Notes under the pieces: generated by a model
Databases searched by the model: none
Seen by the model: only the letters and a program-made list of their open reading frames with translations
What the model was told of the DNA's origin: nothing
Translations under genes and position numbers: made by a program
Assembly (NCBI GenBank): GCA_951406725.2
Contig: OX597826.1
Location: 43,772,001 to 43,836,000, forward strand
Reading direction: 5' to 3'
Source: Octopus vulgaris
Taxonomy: Eukaryota
DNA: 64,000 nt
Part shown: in pieces, positions 13,321 to 27,574 of the stretch
Numbering within the stretch: the first letter of the stretch is position 1
How the letters are laid out: every line of letters begins with the position of its first letter

Positions 13321-14896
13321 ACAGATAGTATTAAAATGAAAAATTTTAATGTACGTCTATGAGCGTGTGTGTGTGTGTGTGTACCTGTGTACGCATATAT
13401 GTACACACACATGCACGTGCGCGCACGCACACACATACACACATGCATAAACGTATAAACAGATACTACTAATAAGTATCTATATAAGATTAGATCATAT
13501 CATACAAAAATTACTTTTCGCCGTAAATCCGAATTTAGCACAAAAGGAAGATATTTAAAATACGTAAAAACCGTTTACGGAACAGTTAACTTGATTGGAT
13601 TAGTAGGATTAATTATAAGATTAATTACACTAATCAATCGAGAATGATTCCACAATTAAGCCAAGCCGATAGAATAAGGTTAAATCTCGTTGTATACACG
13701 CTAATAAATGTAGTCTTAATGAATATACTGTATGAAATGAAAATGGTTCAGACGTAATTAATGTATTTCGCGCTTGATGTGTTTGTAAACCCGTTGGATT
13801 GAGTGCACCGGATTGACTGCGCCTGTTCTTAGGTTGTAAGCTTAAAGGAACACCTCTTTTGTTGTTCGAATATGGTTCGTGAGTATTTTCGGAGAGGTTC
13901 ACGCTACTTCTAGCAATGAGGTTTGCTGCGAAGATATCCCGATAACTCGATGTGCTGCATATTACTACAACACATGATCTGACCTGGTTTCTCGCCACCG
14001 ATTTTGGAGTCTCTGATCTCTTCCTCCACTCACTAAGCCATAAACAAAAACCACGTGGTTTTTTGCTTTTTATACTCAAAGAGAGGCAGATACATTACTT
14101 CTATGACAATACGTACATATACTTACATATGTATGCGTACACACATACGAACGCACATGCGCACGCGCACACATACAGGCATACACACAGATATATATAC
14201 ACACACATATGTATATATATATATATACACGAACATACACAACCGTTTATTTCAACTATCGCACTATGAGATAATTTCACTATTTTATGGAATTTGTTGT
14301 TGAACTAAACACTGCTAAGTATGTAAATATAGAGAGAATTAGATAGATGAATTGACTGACATGTAGATAGAGTGATAGATAAAATAGGTGTGTAGATAGA
14401 GAGACAGATAGAGAGACATGTAGCTAGAGAACTATGTAGATTGAGAGGTAAACTGACAGAGAGGTTAATTAGCTGATAGTTATAGAAAATATCTACGTGC
14501 TCATCTATTATTGAATTACCTTTGAACTAGAAATAATTATACTGACAAATGTTGGTAGTTAGATAGGTAGATTGACAGATTGACAGATAGCTTAAGTCGA
14601 TAGCCAGATAAATAGAAAGATATAGAAACAGATAGATGTTTGGTAGGTAGATGCATAGGCTGAGAGGAATAGAAAATAATGAAATAGCTTCCGTTTACAG
14701 ACACAGGTAAACACGTATACACACAATGCATATTACAGCTTCTACATACTCACATTATAATAATTTTCTTACATGCAACTACATACATTGATACGCAGTT
14801 TCCTTCCAAAACACACTTTCATTTTCACTATCAACACATTTATTGTCTACATATAAGAACATGGCAACATTTTGACATACATAGACAAACTCATAG

Positions 14897-14984
<88 letters not shown>

Positions 14985-15173
14985 TTGTGTGTCTGTGTTT
15001 GTCCCCCTAGCATTGCTTGACAACCGATGCTGGTGTGTTTACGTCCCCGTAAGAGACCGATAGAATAAGTACTGGGCTTACAAAGAATAAGTCCCGGGGT
15101 CGATTTGCTCGACTAAAGGCGGTGCTCCAGCATGGCCACAGTCAAATGACTGAAAAGAGTAAAAGAGTGAAAG

Positions 15174-15221
<48 letters not shown>

Positions 15222-15666
15222 AACATCTATACATATACTTTGACTTTCTTCAAATACAGACATGTATAATGCTTCTGTACAAATGAACAAAGGCATACGC
15301 ATACGCTCTTTACAATTATACTCAGGTACGCAGTCACAATCACATCACGTTTTCCTTTTACCTGCTATTGATTATGCTCACATCCACATCGTATATGCAA
15401 CACACCCATCCAAACATACAAAATGCACGATATCTCATTTCTTTTGAGTCGATAGCTAGATAAACGTTTTGGGAAAGATAAATGTGAAGTTGTGACATTC
15501 TTTATTTTCTCAATAGAATTAGTTACGAAAATGATTTTCTTTCTTTAAAATAAAAGCTAAATCCAGGCTACAGCAATTCCTGATCAATTTCTCGCTCTTT
15601 GTGCCATTCCACATTAATGCTAATATGCACACACACGTATATATGCATACATACATATATACATCA

Positions 15667-15706
<40 letters not shown>

Positions 15707-15967
15707 TGTACACACACAAACACACGCACAACACATAAGTAAGTAGGTGTAGGTTCGCATATATTCTTTTACTTCTTTCAGTCATTTTAACTGCAGCCAT
15801 GCTGGAGCACTGCTCTAAAGGGTTTTTAGTCGAGGCAATCGACCCAAGGACTTACGCTTTGTAAACCTAGTACTTTTTCTATCGGTCTATTACGCAGTCA
15901 TGAGAACGTAAACACGCTAACATCGGTTGTCACGCGATGGTGAGGGGACAAACACAGAAAGAAAGAT

Positions 15968-16045
<78 letters not shown>

Positions 16046-16049
16046 GATG

Positions 16050-16365
16050 GGGAGGTGCAATGGCCCAGTGGTTAGGGCAGCGGACTCGCGGTCGTAGGAT
16101 CGTGGTTTCGATTCACAGACCGGGCCTTGTGAGTGTTTATTGAGCGAAAACACCTAAAGCTCCACGAGGCTCCGGCAGGGTGTGGGGGGTGGCAACCCCT
16201 GTTGTACTCTTTCGCCACAACTTTCTCTCACTCTTTCTTCTGTTGGCCTGCTCGCTTAGCCAGCGGGGTGGCGTCATTTGAAGGCTAAAACGATGCGAAG
16301 AGGCATTGTGACCAGCGATGTGTAGCAACATCTGATAGCCTGGTCGGTCACATGATCACGTGATA
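16050..16365 (+). mobile_element. tRNA-derived SINE (modular-tail family), full length
   Basis: A box tggcccagtgg, B box gtttcgattc; near-identical to 31867-32161. Confidence 0.9.
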
Positions 16366-16669
16366 TATGATGGACTCCTCCGGCGAAAGCGACGTTTGAA
16401 TGTTCTGTGTTTCCTGAACGACCTGCACAAACGCTTTGTTTATAGCGATCAAATGTGTGTGTTGTACATAGTCTCACTGCATCAAATTCACGTTGCTTCT
16501 GCAGCTGCACAGGTCAGATGTTGAGATAATCGCAAAGCAACGTGAAATGAAGTATTTTGCTTAAAAAAACAAAGCACCTTTCCGTCCGGGAATCGAACTT
16601 ACGATCAAGTGCGACACTCAAACAGCTACGCTACGCATCGACACACCGCAACACACGCATGAATACACA

Positions 16670-16734
<65 letters not shown>

Positions 16735-17095
16735 GCGCGCGCACACACGCTCACACTTGCACGTTGGTTCTGTCCCAGTTTCACTTAGCTCCTTCGGTTA
16801 TTATGTTCCCTAAAGTTTCGTGGGCGTGAATAAATACCCGACCAGGTCCTCGGACATCTGGAGACAAAGTGGTACTTCCGTTCCTTTGTTCATTGAGTAA
16901 CATACATACATTCTCATACATACATACATACATACATACATACATACATACATACATACATACATACGTACATACAAACAAACATATACACATACAAATA
17001 CTTATGTGTATATGTACGTATGTATGTGCGTATTTGTATACATAAGTATCTCTCTCCATATACACACAAACACATTTCTATATCTCTTTTCACCC

Positions 17096-17162
<67 letters not shown>

Positions 17163-17204
17163 AATCTGTCTGTCTGTCTGTCTGTCTTTCTGTCTGTCTA
17201 TCTG

Positions 17205-17257
<53 letters not shown>

Positions 17258-17282
17258 GTATCTATCTATCTATCTGTCTGTA

Positions 17283-17333
<51 letters not shown>

Positions 17334-17688
17334 AAATAGTTGTAAACTTTGTGAATTATGATAATAAATCGAAAGTTTATAAGGCGTTAGCAATGCAGCT
17401 TTCAAACGAAAAAAAAAAACAAAGAATTTATTCCTCTCTTAACAATATCTTGCTCATAAAAGACCTTTCACATGTAACAAATAAAAGAATAAAAATCACC
17501 GTTGATAAAAACGAAATAGCTTCGACGAGGTCAAAATTTTGCCAAAAGAGTTTAATGCATTCGTGCTCGGAATATTTATGCTCCTCGCTTGGTAGTCTGT
17601 GTCATTAGCTTAACAGTTCAGCTATACGCAATTCGAACCCGTTTCACTTCGGTTCTCACAGTAATGCTATGTAACTGTGTTACGAGAA

Positions 17689-17755
<67 letters not shown>

Positions 17756-17869
17756 TGTGTGTGCGTAGGTGTGTGTGTGTGTTTATTTTTATTTATTTAT
17801 TTTATTTTATTTTATCTAGTTTCAGCTCACGAGCTGTGGCCATGCTGGGGCACCGCCATTCGTGTGTGT

Positions 17870-18093
17870 ATTCTTTTATACTTTTATTTGTTTCAGTCAT
17901 TTGACTGCGGCCATGCTGGAGTACCGCCTTTAGTCGAACAAAAATCGACCCCAGGACTTATTCTTTGTAAGCCTAGTACTTATATTATCGGTTTCTTTTG
18001 CCGAACCGCTATTTACGGGCACGTAAACACATCAGCATCGGTTGTCAAGCGATAGTGGGGAGACAGAGACAAAAAAAACACACAAGCACCCCC

Positions 18094-18124
<31 letters not shown>

Positions 18125-18290
18125 CGACGGGCTTCTTTCAGTTTCTGCCTACCAAATACAGTCACAAGGCTTTGGTTGGCTCGAGGCTATAGTAGAAGAC
18201 ACTTACCCAAGGTGTCATGCAGTGGGACTGAACCCGGAACCATGTGGTTGGTAAGCAAACTCCTTACCACACAGCCACTCCTGCGCCTAT
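17870..18290 (-). mobile_element. CORE-like tRNA SINE with internal microsatellite and 3' cassette
   Basis: Minus strand: tRNA-like head (gctgtgtggtaag..ggttccgggttcagtccc) then accttgggtaagtgtcttctactatagcctcg. Further copies or parts near 14975, 15765, 23480, 24100, 25885, 32215, 34495, 51350, 51815, 56830, 58700 and 62915. Confidence 0.85.
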
Positions 18291-18663
18291 ATATAACACA
18301 ATCTTATTTAAAAGGCTAAAAAGAAACAAGAAAAACAAGAAAGCCATTGCATTCTCCACAGCTTAGAAGCTTTCTGTTCAATATACTAACGTGCGCGCAC
18401 TTGCTGACACATTCACAAGAGATAAGATGCAAGTTACCTTTTGATAGGCTTGAACTGAGAACTGTGCTGTAAGCCATGGCACCACTTGTTAATTATCTCT
18501 CTGCAATCAATTTGCTGTGCAAATGTTTAACTGATTTGTTGCAACCTACGTGATGTCTTGCAAAACTGAAGATACTAATTTCTCTAATTTTGTCGAAGCA
18601 TATACAGTTGATACATGCGTATAGGGTTTGCTATCAGCAAACATTGCACCTGCACATAGAATA

Positions 18664-18747
<84 letters not shown>

Positions 18748-18751
<4 letters not shown>

Positions 18752-18995
18752 ATGCGCGTGGCATAGTGGTTAGAGTGTCAGCACCATAATCGTAAGATTG
18801 TGGTTTCGATTCCTGGACCGGGCGACGCGTTGTGTTCCTTGAGCAAAACACTTCATTTCACGTTGCTCCAGTACACTCAGCTGGCAAAAATGGGTAACAC
18901 TGCGATGGACTGGCGTCCGATCCAGCTGGGGAACACATACGCCATAGAAACCAGGAAACCGGGTCCATGAGCCTGGCTAGGTTTTAAAAGGGCGC
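18748..18995 (+). mobile_element. tRNA-derived SINE (modular-tail family)
   Basis: A box tggcatagtgg, B box gtttcgattcc, ccttgagcaaaacacttcatttcacgttgctccag body. Confidence 0.88.
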
Positions 18996-19225
18996 AAAAA
19001 ATATATCAGTGTGTGTGTGTTTGTGTGTGTGTGTAAGTGGGCGTGTGTGGGCGCGTATATGTATAAGGTGCATGAATGTCTGTGTGACAAGAAGTTTGCT
19101 TCCCAACTTCGTGGTTCCAGGTTCAATTTCATTGCGCGCTATCTTGGGTCGGTGACTTCTACTATAGCCTTGGGCCGACCAAAGCCTTGTGAGTGGATTT
19201 GGTAGATGGAAACTGGAAGAAGCAA

Positions 19226-19420
19226 TTTTTTAACCTTAAGAGGACATCTCCTCCAGCTGGTTAACGATGCATAGCTGTATCCGAAATATTGCGAGCAGGA
19301 GAGCGAACCCCTACCACCATCTAGCGACGGGACCAACAAACCAGCACACCAGATTGGTTTCGGTGTATTTCTGCCTCTCTTCAGTACTGAATACCTCGTC
19401 TACTTGAGATAAATTTGTTA
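19226..19420 (-). mobile_element. Family A HHR element, decayed
   Basis: Minus strand CAGUA CUGAAGA ...GAAAC CA AUC UGGUG (about 19347-19391), followed by the family-A hairpin UUAACC AGCU GGAGGA GAUG UCCUCU UAA GGUUAA. Confidence 0.6.
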
Positions 19421-19547
19421 TTACGATAAGTATTATTATATATAGAGGGGACAAAACAGGACAATACAATGATGTCTAGGTTTATGAGCTTATGAAGGAG
19501 ACAGTATAAGTAAGTTTAGTCTTTATGGAGGTTGTGGGTAGAAAGGT

Positions 19548-19615
<68 letters not shown>

Positions 19616-19854
19616 CAGATACATAATTGTAATAATGGCTTCACATTTTGGCACAAGACCAGAAATTTAGGGGGAGGGGGAGAAATCGATTACATCGACC
19701 ACAGTTCACAAATTATTTCAATGACCTCGAAATGATGTAAGGCAGATTCAACCTCGGTGGAATGTGAACATAAAGACGGATGAAATGCCGTAAAGCATTT
19801 TGCCCAGCATACCTTACGATGCTGCCAGCTTATATATATATATATATAACAGCA

Positions 19855-20286
19855 ATGGCGCGGGCTGGCAGAAACGTTAGCATGCCGGGCGAAATGCTTA
19901 GCGGTGTTTCGTCTGACTACGTTCTGAGTTCAAATTCCGCCGAGGTCGACTTTGCCTTTCATCTTTTCGGGGTCGATAAATTAAGTACCAGTTACGCACT
20001 GGGGACGATATAATCGACTTAATCCGTTTGTCTGTCCTTGTTTGTCCTCTCTATGTTTAGTCCCTTGTGGGAAATAAAGAAATAAGAAACGTTAGCATGC
20101 CGGGCAAAATGCTTGGCGATATTTCGTCTGACTTTACGTTCTGAGTTCAAATTCCGCCGAGGTCGACTTTGCCTTTCATCCTTTCGGGGTCGATAAATTA
20201 AGTACCAGTTGCGCACTGGGGTCGATTTAATCGACAGCACCCCCCCGCAAATTTCGGGCCTTGTGCCTAGCAGCAATAATAAAAGA
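19855..20286 (+). mobile_element. Two Meta-domain-like SINEs in tandem (Tx1-tailed copy followed by old-tail copy)
   Basis: Duplicated agaaacgttagcatgccgggc...gtcgat..aatcgac body with two different tails. Confidence 0.88.
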
Positions 20287-20439
20287 ATACACACACGCAC
20301 ACTCACGCACGCACAATGACATGCATATTCTTTCTTAATACATCCTAGCACGTTTCAGCGTGAACATGCTAGTCACTGTTGCATTTCGTCATTGGAGAAC
20401 TTTTCCTTTCATACGAATGCGTATTCATAACGAAACAAC

Positions 20440-20476
20440 AACTAATACTAATACTACTACTACTGCTGCTGCTGCA

Positions 20477-20523
<47 letters not shown>

Positions 20524-20620
20524 CATTACTGCTACTACCACTACTACTATCACTACATCAAATGGAAATTACAAATATCAAGAACTACTACTACTACTGT
20601 TGTTGTTGCTGCTGCTGCTG

Positions 20621-20658
<38 letters not shown>

Positions 20659-20885
20659 GCTGCTACTGCTGCTGCTACTACTACTTCTATAATCACTACA
20701 AAACCTAGAAATTATGACTGCTGCTTCAGCAATAATATCAAGAACTACTACTACTACTGCTACTACTACCACCACCACCACCACCACCACTACTACTACT
20801 AATACTACTACAGCCATCAGCACCACCACCACCACCGCTGGCGCCGTCGCTTCTGCTGCTGCTACTGCTGCTGCTGATGCTGCTC
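20440..20885. repeat. Compound trinucleotide tract (CTA/CTG/CCA/TTG)n
   Basis: Visible directly; the spacer atatcaagaactactactactactg occurs twice. Confidence 0.92.
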
Positions 20886-21783
20886 CACCTGCAACGTTGA
20901 AGTTTTGCTATTTGTGTCAGCTTAATTGGACTGTGAATCTCACAAGTTCATTAGTGAAGTGATTAGTAACTGTACGTTATCCAAGCATCAGAAATTAATT
21001 TTCCCTAGTTGTTGTTATTGTTGCTGTTATTGCTTTTGTTGCTAGCCACGGCATCTGATCGTGTTGATTTGGTTAATATTTTTGTTGTGGAAAAAAGTTA
21101 AACATCAACCGATGCTAACTAAGCGCTATTTTCTAAACTCTAAGTGTTTCTTATTAGAAATTAATTTGGGACAAAAACAAAACATTTAGTCGGCAACGCC
21201 ATACAATTAGACATTTCTTCTGTTACTATTTATATTTAGCCTATTTAATTGTTCTCTTTCTCTAATATAATTCCCAATTTGTGATTAGTGATGCGTTGAA
21301 AAGGATAATCATGATTTGAAGCAATCGCATGTGACATAATCAATACCGTGAAAGTTTAAATAACTAGTGACTTCTAAGCTTACTTGATAACCTTCCCATT
21401 TAGCTAGATTAGCAAATTAAACAATTTGCGTACGATAAATTAACAAACTCAGTATTAGCAGGCGGAGTTTGATTGCTCATGGTAAATACTGGACATAAAT
21501 CAGAACGCTGAATCCTGGTGAGCCGTAACTGTCACGGCCATCTGTTGTACTTACAACTGATCACATCTCTCAGTATTTGAATTTAATAGTCTTTGGTAGA
21601 CGTGTTCACTTGCCAAGATAGTAACAATTGTTACAATCTGCGTGGTAAGTAGTCCACTTCACCACAATCACATAGTTCCGGGTTCAAGTCTCACTGCTGG
21701 CTATTTCGGCAATTGTCTTCTACTATACTTCTGCTACAACTTCTCTGGCCGTCCAAAGTCTTGTGAGTGGATTTGGTAGACAG

Positions 21784-22183
21784 GGTCACCTTGTGAGAGA
21801 ATTAGAAATAATGATATTTATACTTTTGAAAACCAGTGGATGTATTCCACTGAATTTAGGTAAATAATCCTTCGACAGTCGGTCAGCAGCGAAGCCTGCT
21901 GGGTTCGGCTACTCTACACTGATAAGAGGCAAACACCTCGAAACTAGTCTGTGGTTGCCAGACCAGCAAGGGGAAGCTGCTGACCGCCACTGTTCGAAGA
22001 TTATAACGCACATAGGTTTGTGTGTCACATAACTAGCTAGAGGCGATGGCTTCTTGGAGCTAATCAACGGCAGCATTCGTCCTATTTTTCTGGATTGCCA
22101 TGTTAGCTTGGCGCGATGTCTATTAATATCCAGTACCGTTGCCGTAGTCTCCTTTAGAGAAGTTTAGAAATAATGATATTTTT
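21784..22183 (+). mobile_element. Family A HHR element (retrozyme/non-autonomous Penelope-like), about 362-nt unit plus partial repeat
   Basis: Terminal direct repeat ttagaaataatgatattt at 21802 and 22164 (offset 362, imperfect over about 35 bp); central long hairpin with HHR at its apex; clean insertion into a SINE. Confidence 0.8.
21914..21954 (+). ncRNA. Minimal type I hammerhead ribozyme (G8A variant, probably inactive)
   Basis: CUACA CUGAUAA GAGG CAAACA CCUC GAAAC UA GUC UGUGG: stems I and II pair; palindromic stem III ACUAGU. Confidence 0.8.
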
Positions 22184-24919
22184 AAACTGAAAGAACTCGT
22201 CGTATGAGCACACACACACACACACACACACATAAAGATATATGCGTGTGTGATGTACGTGTGTGTTTGTGCGAGACTTTATTCCTAGATTTGTGCCCTC
22301 CATCGCTTGACAATCGATATTGTTTACATCCCCATAACATTAACGCTTCGGTAAAAAGTGATCGATATAATAAGTGCCAGACTTAAAAAAAAAGTAATAG
22401 GATTGATTTGTTAGACCAAACCATTCAAGGCGATGTCCCAGCATTACCGCAGTCCAATGGCTGAAACAAGTAAAAGAAAATATTGTATTTTGCCAAAACG
22501 CTACACAAGTAATAGACAACAACAACAACAACAGTGGAGGCCCAACGGCCCAGTGGTTAGGACAGCGGACTCGTGGTCGTAAGAACACGGTTTCGATTCC
22601 CACACCGGGCAATGTGAGCGTTTATTGTGTAAATCATCTAGGCTCCACGAGCCTCCGGGGGGGGGGGTGAACCTCGCTATACTATTTCACCACAACTTTC
22701 TCTCACTCTTTCTTCATACTTCTGCCACAACGCAGAGGAACCATGGTGTAACCCACTATGGGGTGCAAACTTTCGACCTTAGTCTAGATTGCGAATCCTC
22801 TGTACCCCAGGATGGTTCAGCTCCCCACCAAGTTAAACGCCACCGTTTACGGAATGGGGATAACAACGTAGCTTTTGCGCCCGTGCAATCGCCAGTCTAT
22901 CGCGTGGGGTGGGTGGATCTTCAGGTTGCCACACGCATTCTTAGTAGCTTAGAGTAGGCTCGAATTAGAGATTATTCTTTGTGGCTAATGGCGTGAGTCC
23001 TGATTGAAAGAAGACAACAACATAAACCTAGAACTTTTGATGGAAAACTGTAACTTGTATTTCGCAAGTTTAAGGCGGAAACGTTAAGTACGTCGGGCAA
23101 AATGGTTAGTGGTATTTAGCCCGTCTTCCCGACCTAAATTCAAATTCCGCCGAGGTCGACTTTGCCTTTCATCATTACGGGGGGGGGGGGTCATAAATTA
23201 AGTACCAGTTAAACACTGGGGTCGAAGTTTCTAGCTTCGTTTCAAAAATTTAAAATCAATATATCGCAAGTTTTATTGTTGAGGATTGATAAAAGCTACA
23301 TTGCTATTCAAATTCAAGGTCCGTTCATTTATGATTCCGACGACCTTGTCGCATGTGATAAGCATTCAACTTTAAATAATCTGCATTACTTTAATCTTTT
23401 GTTGTCAGTTATGTTTGAAACTTTTAATTGATAATCTGGTAATCCTAATTATTCTTCACATTAAAAACAAATATTGCTATGTGGTTAGAAGGCTCGCTTT
23501 GCAAACATGTGGTTTCGGGATTAGTCCTACAACATGGCACTCTGAGCCGATCAATGCCTTGAGAGAGAATTTGGTAGATGGAAACTGTATGGAAGCCTGC
23601 TGTACGCATGTATGTGTGTGTTTGTGCGTATATGTGTGTTTGTGCGTATATGTGTGTGAGTGTTTGAGCTTTTGTGTTCGTATATCTTTGCGTCTGTGTT
23701 TGTCCCAAACACCGCCTGACAACCAGTGCTGTTTTATTTAGGTACCCCTAAAATAAGCAGCAGGCTTGAAACATAAGTACTCGGATGCATTTGTTAAACT
23801 AAGCCCTTCAAGGCAAGTAAGGTGGTGTTGCATCTCGGTCATAGTCCAGTGGCAGAAACAATTAAAAAGTGAAAGATATAGGTGTGGTGTGTGGTAAGAA
23901 GCTTGCTTCCCAACCACATATATATATATATATATATTGAGACTTCCTTCGATTATGACTGACCGTGGGATTGCACCTAGAAAGTTACCCTCCCAGGTAC
24001 AAGTCCTGGCAAGGTTGTTTATGGAAGACCAGCAGTCGCCCATGCCAACCGGCCTCCCCTCTCCAGGCCACAAGTGTTATCCAAGGGAAAGGCAACATAT
24101 ATGCGTAAGTGTGTGTGTGTGTGTCTTTGTGTCTGTGATTGTACCCCCATTATCACTTGACAACCGATGGTGGTGTGTTTACGTCCTCGTAACTAGCGGT
24201 TCGGCAAAGAGACCAATAAAATAAATAGTACGCTTAAAAATTAGTCTCGGGGTCGAATCGTTCGACAAAATCACTTGAAGGTGGTGCTCCAGCATGGCCA
24301 CAGTCAAATCCCTGAAACAAGTAAAAGAATGAATATACAGAGAAGTGAAATATTTTCGAAATTGCTAAACCACTTGAATAAATAACGGTTATAACTGAAT
24401 GATTCACCACATTAAATAACCGGTATTTTTTAAAAGGTAGTATTGGAACGAATGATACTTTCTATTATAGGCACTATGCCTGAAATTTATGATAATCGAT
24501 TACATTGACCTCGGTACTTGGGGAGTACTTATTTTATCGACCCCCTAGGGGTGAAAAGCAAGATCGACCTCGGCAGAAATGCAGCTCTGAATGTAAAGAT
24601 GGACGAAATGCCGTTGAGCATTTTTGCCGGTGTGCTAACGATTGTGTCAGCATGCCGCCTTAGCATTGGAACAAATAATCCTTTCCTTTCTACAACTGGT
24701 ACATAGCATGAAATTTGAGAGGGTAGAGGACTAGTCAAATACATCTATCTCAGTGTTTCACTGGTACTTAATTTATCGACCCCGAAAGGATGGAAAGAAA
24801 AATCGACCTCGGTGTAATTTCAACTCAGAATATAACGACAAAATACCGCTAAGTATTTTAGCCGGTCTGCTAATGATTATGCAAGCATGCCGCCATAGTA
24901 TTGGAACATTTTTTTTTTA

Positions 24920-25470
24920 TTCATGCACCCTTTTCAAGCCTAGCCAGGCTCATGGGCCCGATTTCCCGGTTTCTGTGGCGTATGTGTTCCCCCTAGCTGG
25001 ACGGGAGGCCAGTCCATTGCTGCGTTACTCAAGGAACAGGAAGAAAGAGTGAGAGAAAGTTGGGGCGATAGAGTACAACAGGGGTCGCCACCAACAACTG
25101 CCGGAGCCTCGTGGAACTTTAGGTGTTTTCGCTCAATAAACACACACAACGCCCGGTCTGGGAATCGAAACCGTGATCCTCCGACCGCGAGTCCGCTGCC
25201 CTAACCACTGGGCCATTGCGCCTCCACAGAAATGGAGACTCATAAGGGCTCATAAGGGCCGGTTTGCCGGTTTCAGTGGCGTATAAATTCCACACCTGGG
25301 CGGGAGGCCGATCCGTCGCAGGATTAGATTTTTGCCAGCTGAGTGGACTGGAGCAACGTGAAATGAAGTGTTTTGCTCAGGAACACAACACATCACCCGG
25401 TCTAGGAATCGAAACCACAATCTTACGACTATGAATCCAGCACCCTAACCACTAAGCCACGTGCCTCCAC
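24920..25470 (-). mobile_element. Two adjacent tRNA-derived SINEs (modular-tail family)
   Basis: Heads end at about 25228 (ggccattgcgcctccac) and about 25470 (aagccacgtgcctccac). Confidence 0.85.
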
Positions 25471-26418
25471 AGTATTGGAACAAATAATAATAGTAACTAC
25501 ACACAGTGACCATCCTTCATCTCTCTACTTATCATATTCTTCAATAAAAATAAATACCCTTCTAATTACACTAGGGAAATTATGATTCTGTCAGCAGTAG
25601 GAGTTGCATATTATTTTCAGCCTTCTACAAAGAATATTTCAATGAGCTTAATTAATTCCCGTTCAAAGTGAATGGCGCATGATGAGAAAAGATGGTGCAG
25701 TTGTCGCTATGGTTTGCATCGAGATATTTTAAAGGTTTTATGGTACGATGCGAGGTAATATTTCTTAAAATATCATTTCCAAAGAAATTCCTACTTTGGA
25801 AAATTTTCAGTATATATAGAAAATTTTCTAAAATTTTCTTCTTGCTTTGAAGTAAATTTAGTATATATATATATATATATATGCTCTTTATTCTTTTGCT
25901 TTTTCAGTCATTTGACAGTGGCCATGCTAGAGCATCGCCTTTAGTCGACCCAGGAATTATTCTTGGTAAGCCTAGTACTTATTCTATCGGTCTCTTTTGC
26001 GAACCGCTTAGTTACGGGGACGTAAACACACCAGCATAGGTTGTGAAGCGATGTTAGGGGGACAAACACAGGCACACAAACACATACACACACATACATA
26101 CATATATATCCATATAAACGACGGATTTCTTACAGTTTCCGTCTACCATTTACTTATTTTTTTCAGCTACCTAAGTTACCACTGCAGACATGGAATACTC
26201 TTTCGGTGTTTTCGTCCTTGACTCCGCTGGAAGAGAGAGCGTGAGAGTGGCCTGCACTAGCCGTCAGCTAGCACTAATTATCCGTTATGTATACTGAAGC
26301 AACGTAAATATGATGCATTTTGCCGAAGGAGACAGCTCATCGCTCGACTCACGAAGCGACTCCACAATTTCATGATTATGGGTCAAATAATCGAACCATT
26401 TTAACACGCACCTTGATG

Positions 26419-26796
<378 letters not shown>

Positions 26797-27550
26797 CAAC
26801 AAAAGTATTAAGGAATGACCTTGACAGGTCGTTCAACTCACTTGAAAAGAGCAGCCAAACTCAAACCGCAAAAATAGTAGTAATTCTGAAAACTAAAGGA
26901 GAAATAAAAACATTTATCCCTTTCAAAGTTGAAAGGGATAAATGTTTTTATTTCTCCTTTAGTTTTCAGAATTACTACTATTTTTGCGGTTTGAGTTTGG
27001 CTGCTCTTTTCAAGTGAGTTGAACGACCTGTCAAGGTCATTCCTTAATACTTTTGTTGAATATATTATATAGTCTGTGACTATTTCTATTTTCTCACTTG
27101 ACCGCTGGTTGCAGAAAATTTTTCTTGAATTTTTCTTGAATTTTTTTGTTACCCTTATATTGATTGATTAATGTTTTTTTGACTAATTCTGAAATTGTAT
27201 CAGCAGTTTATATTTGCTGCTGAGTAGTTGGCGCGGTTACGGTGGATTTCGAAAAATTAGGATATATAAACTCGAGGCTTCGGTGGTGCCGCCTCGTGTG
27301 TATATGTTCTTCTTTTCTTTGGCGACTTTGCTGATGAAACAAGCCAATCGTAAACGGATTTAATTTAATTTAATTAAATTCGATTGCGTAAAAATTGTTG
27401 AAACCTTGCAGGGTACAAAGTTGAAAGGGATAAATGTTTTTATTTCTCCTTTAGTTTTCAGAATTACTACTATTTTTGAGGTTTGAGTTTGGCTGCTCTT
27501 TTCAAGTGAGTTGAACGACCTGTCAAGGTCATTCCTTAATACTTTTGTTG
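26797..27550 (+). mobile_element. Family C HHR element: inverted 130-bp arm + 492-nt unit + 135-nt direct partial repeat
   Basis: 26797-26926 is the reverse complement of 26929-27058. 27416-27550 repeats 26924-27058. Both ends abut TA-rich repeats. No ORF. Confidence 0.92.
27323..27423 (+). ncRNA. Type I hammerhead ribozyme with intact core and extended stem II; predicted cleavage after 27415
   Basis: CGACUUUG CUGAUGA AACAA [52-nt insert with internal hairpin] UUGUU GAAAC CUUGCAGG GUA/ CAAAGUUG; all core nucleotides and three stems present. Confidence 0.92.
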
Positions 27551-27574
27551 TATATATATATATATGTATATATA

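Larger units (their letters stand above)
21640..22480 (+). mobile_element. CORE-like SINE interrupted by a 400-bp insertion
   Basis: gtgagtggatttggtagacag (ends 21783) resumes as aaactgaaagaactcgtcg at 22184; these are contiguous in other copies. Confidence 0.8.

Noticed and set aside
13700-14025. Decayed hammerheads (gaaaccaggucagauc and gaaau..guc on the minus strand)
   Set aside because: No CUGANGA box upstream; too degenerate to call.
22725-22990. GC-richer block with a 110-aa ORF after a truncated SINE
   Set aside because: The ORF begins inside the SINE, no motif is recognisable, and no twister, HDV or HHR consensus was found by eye.
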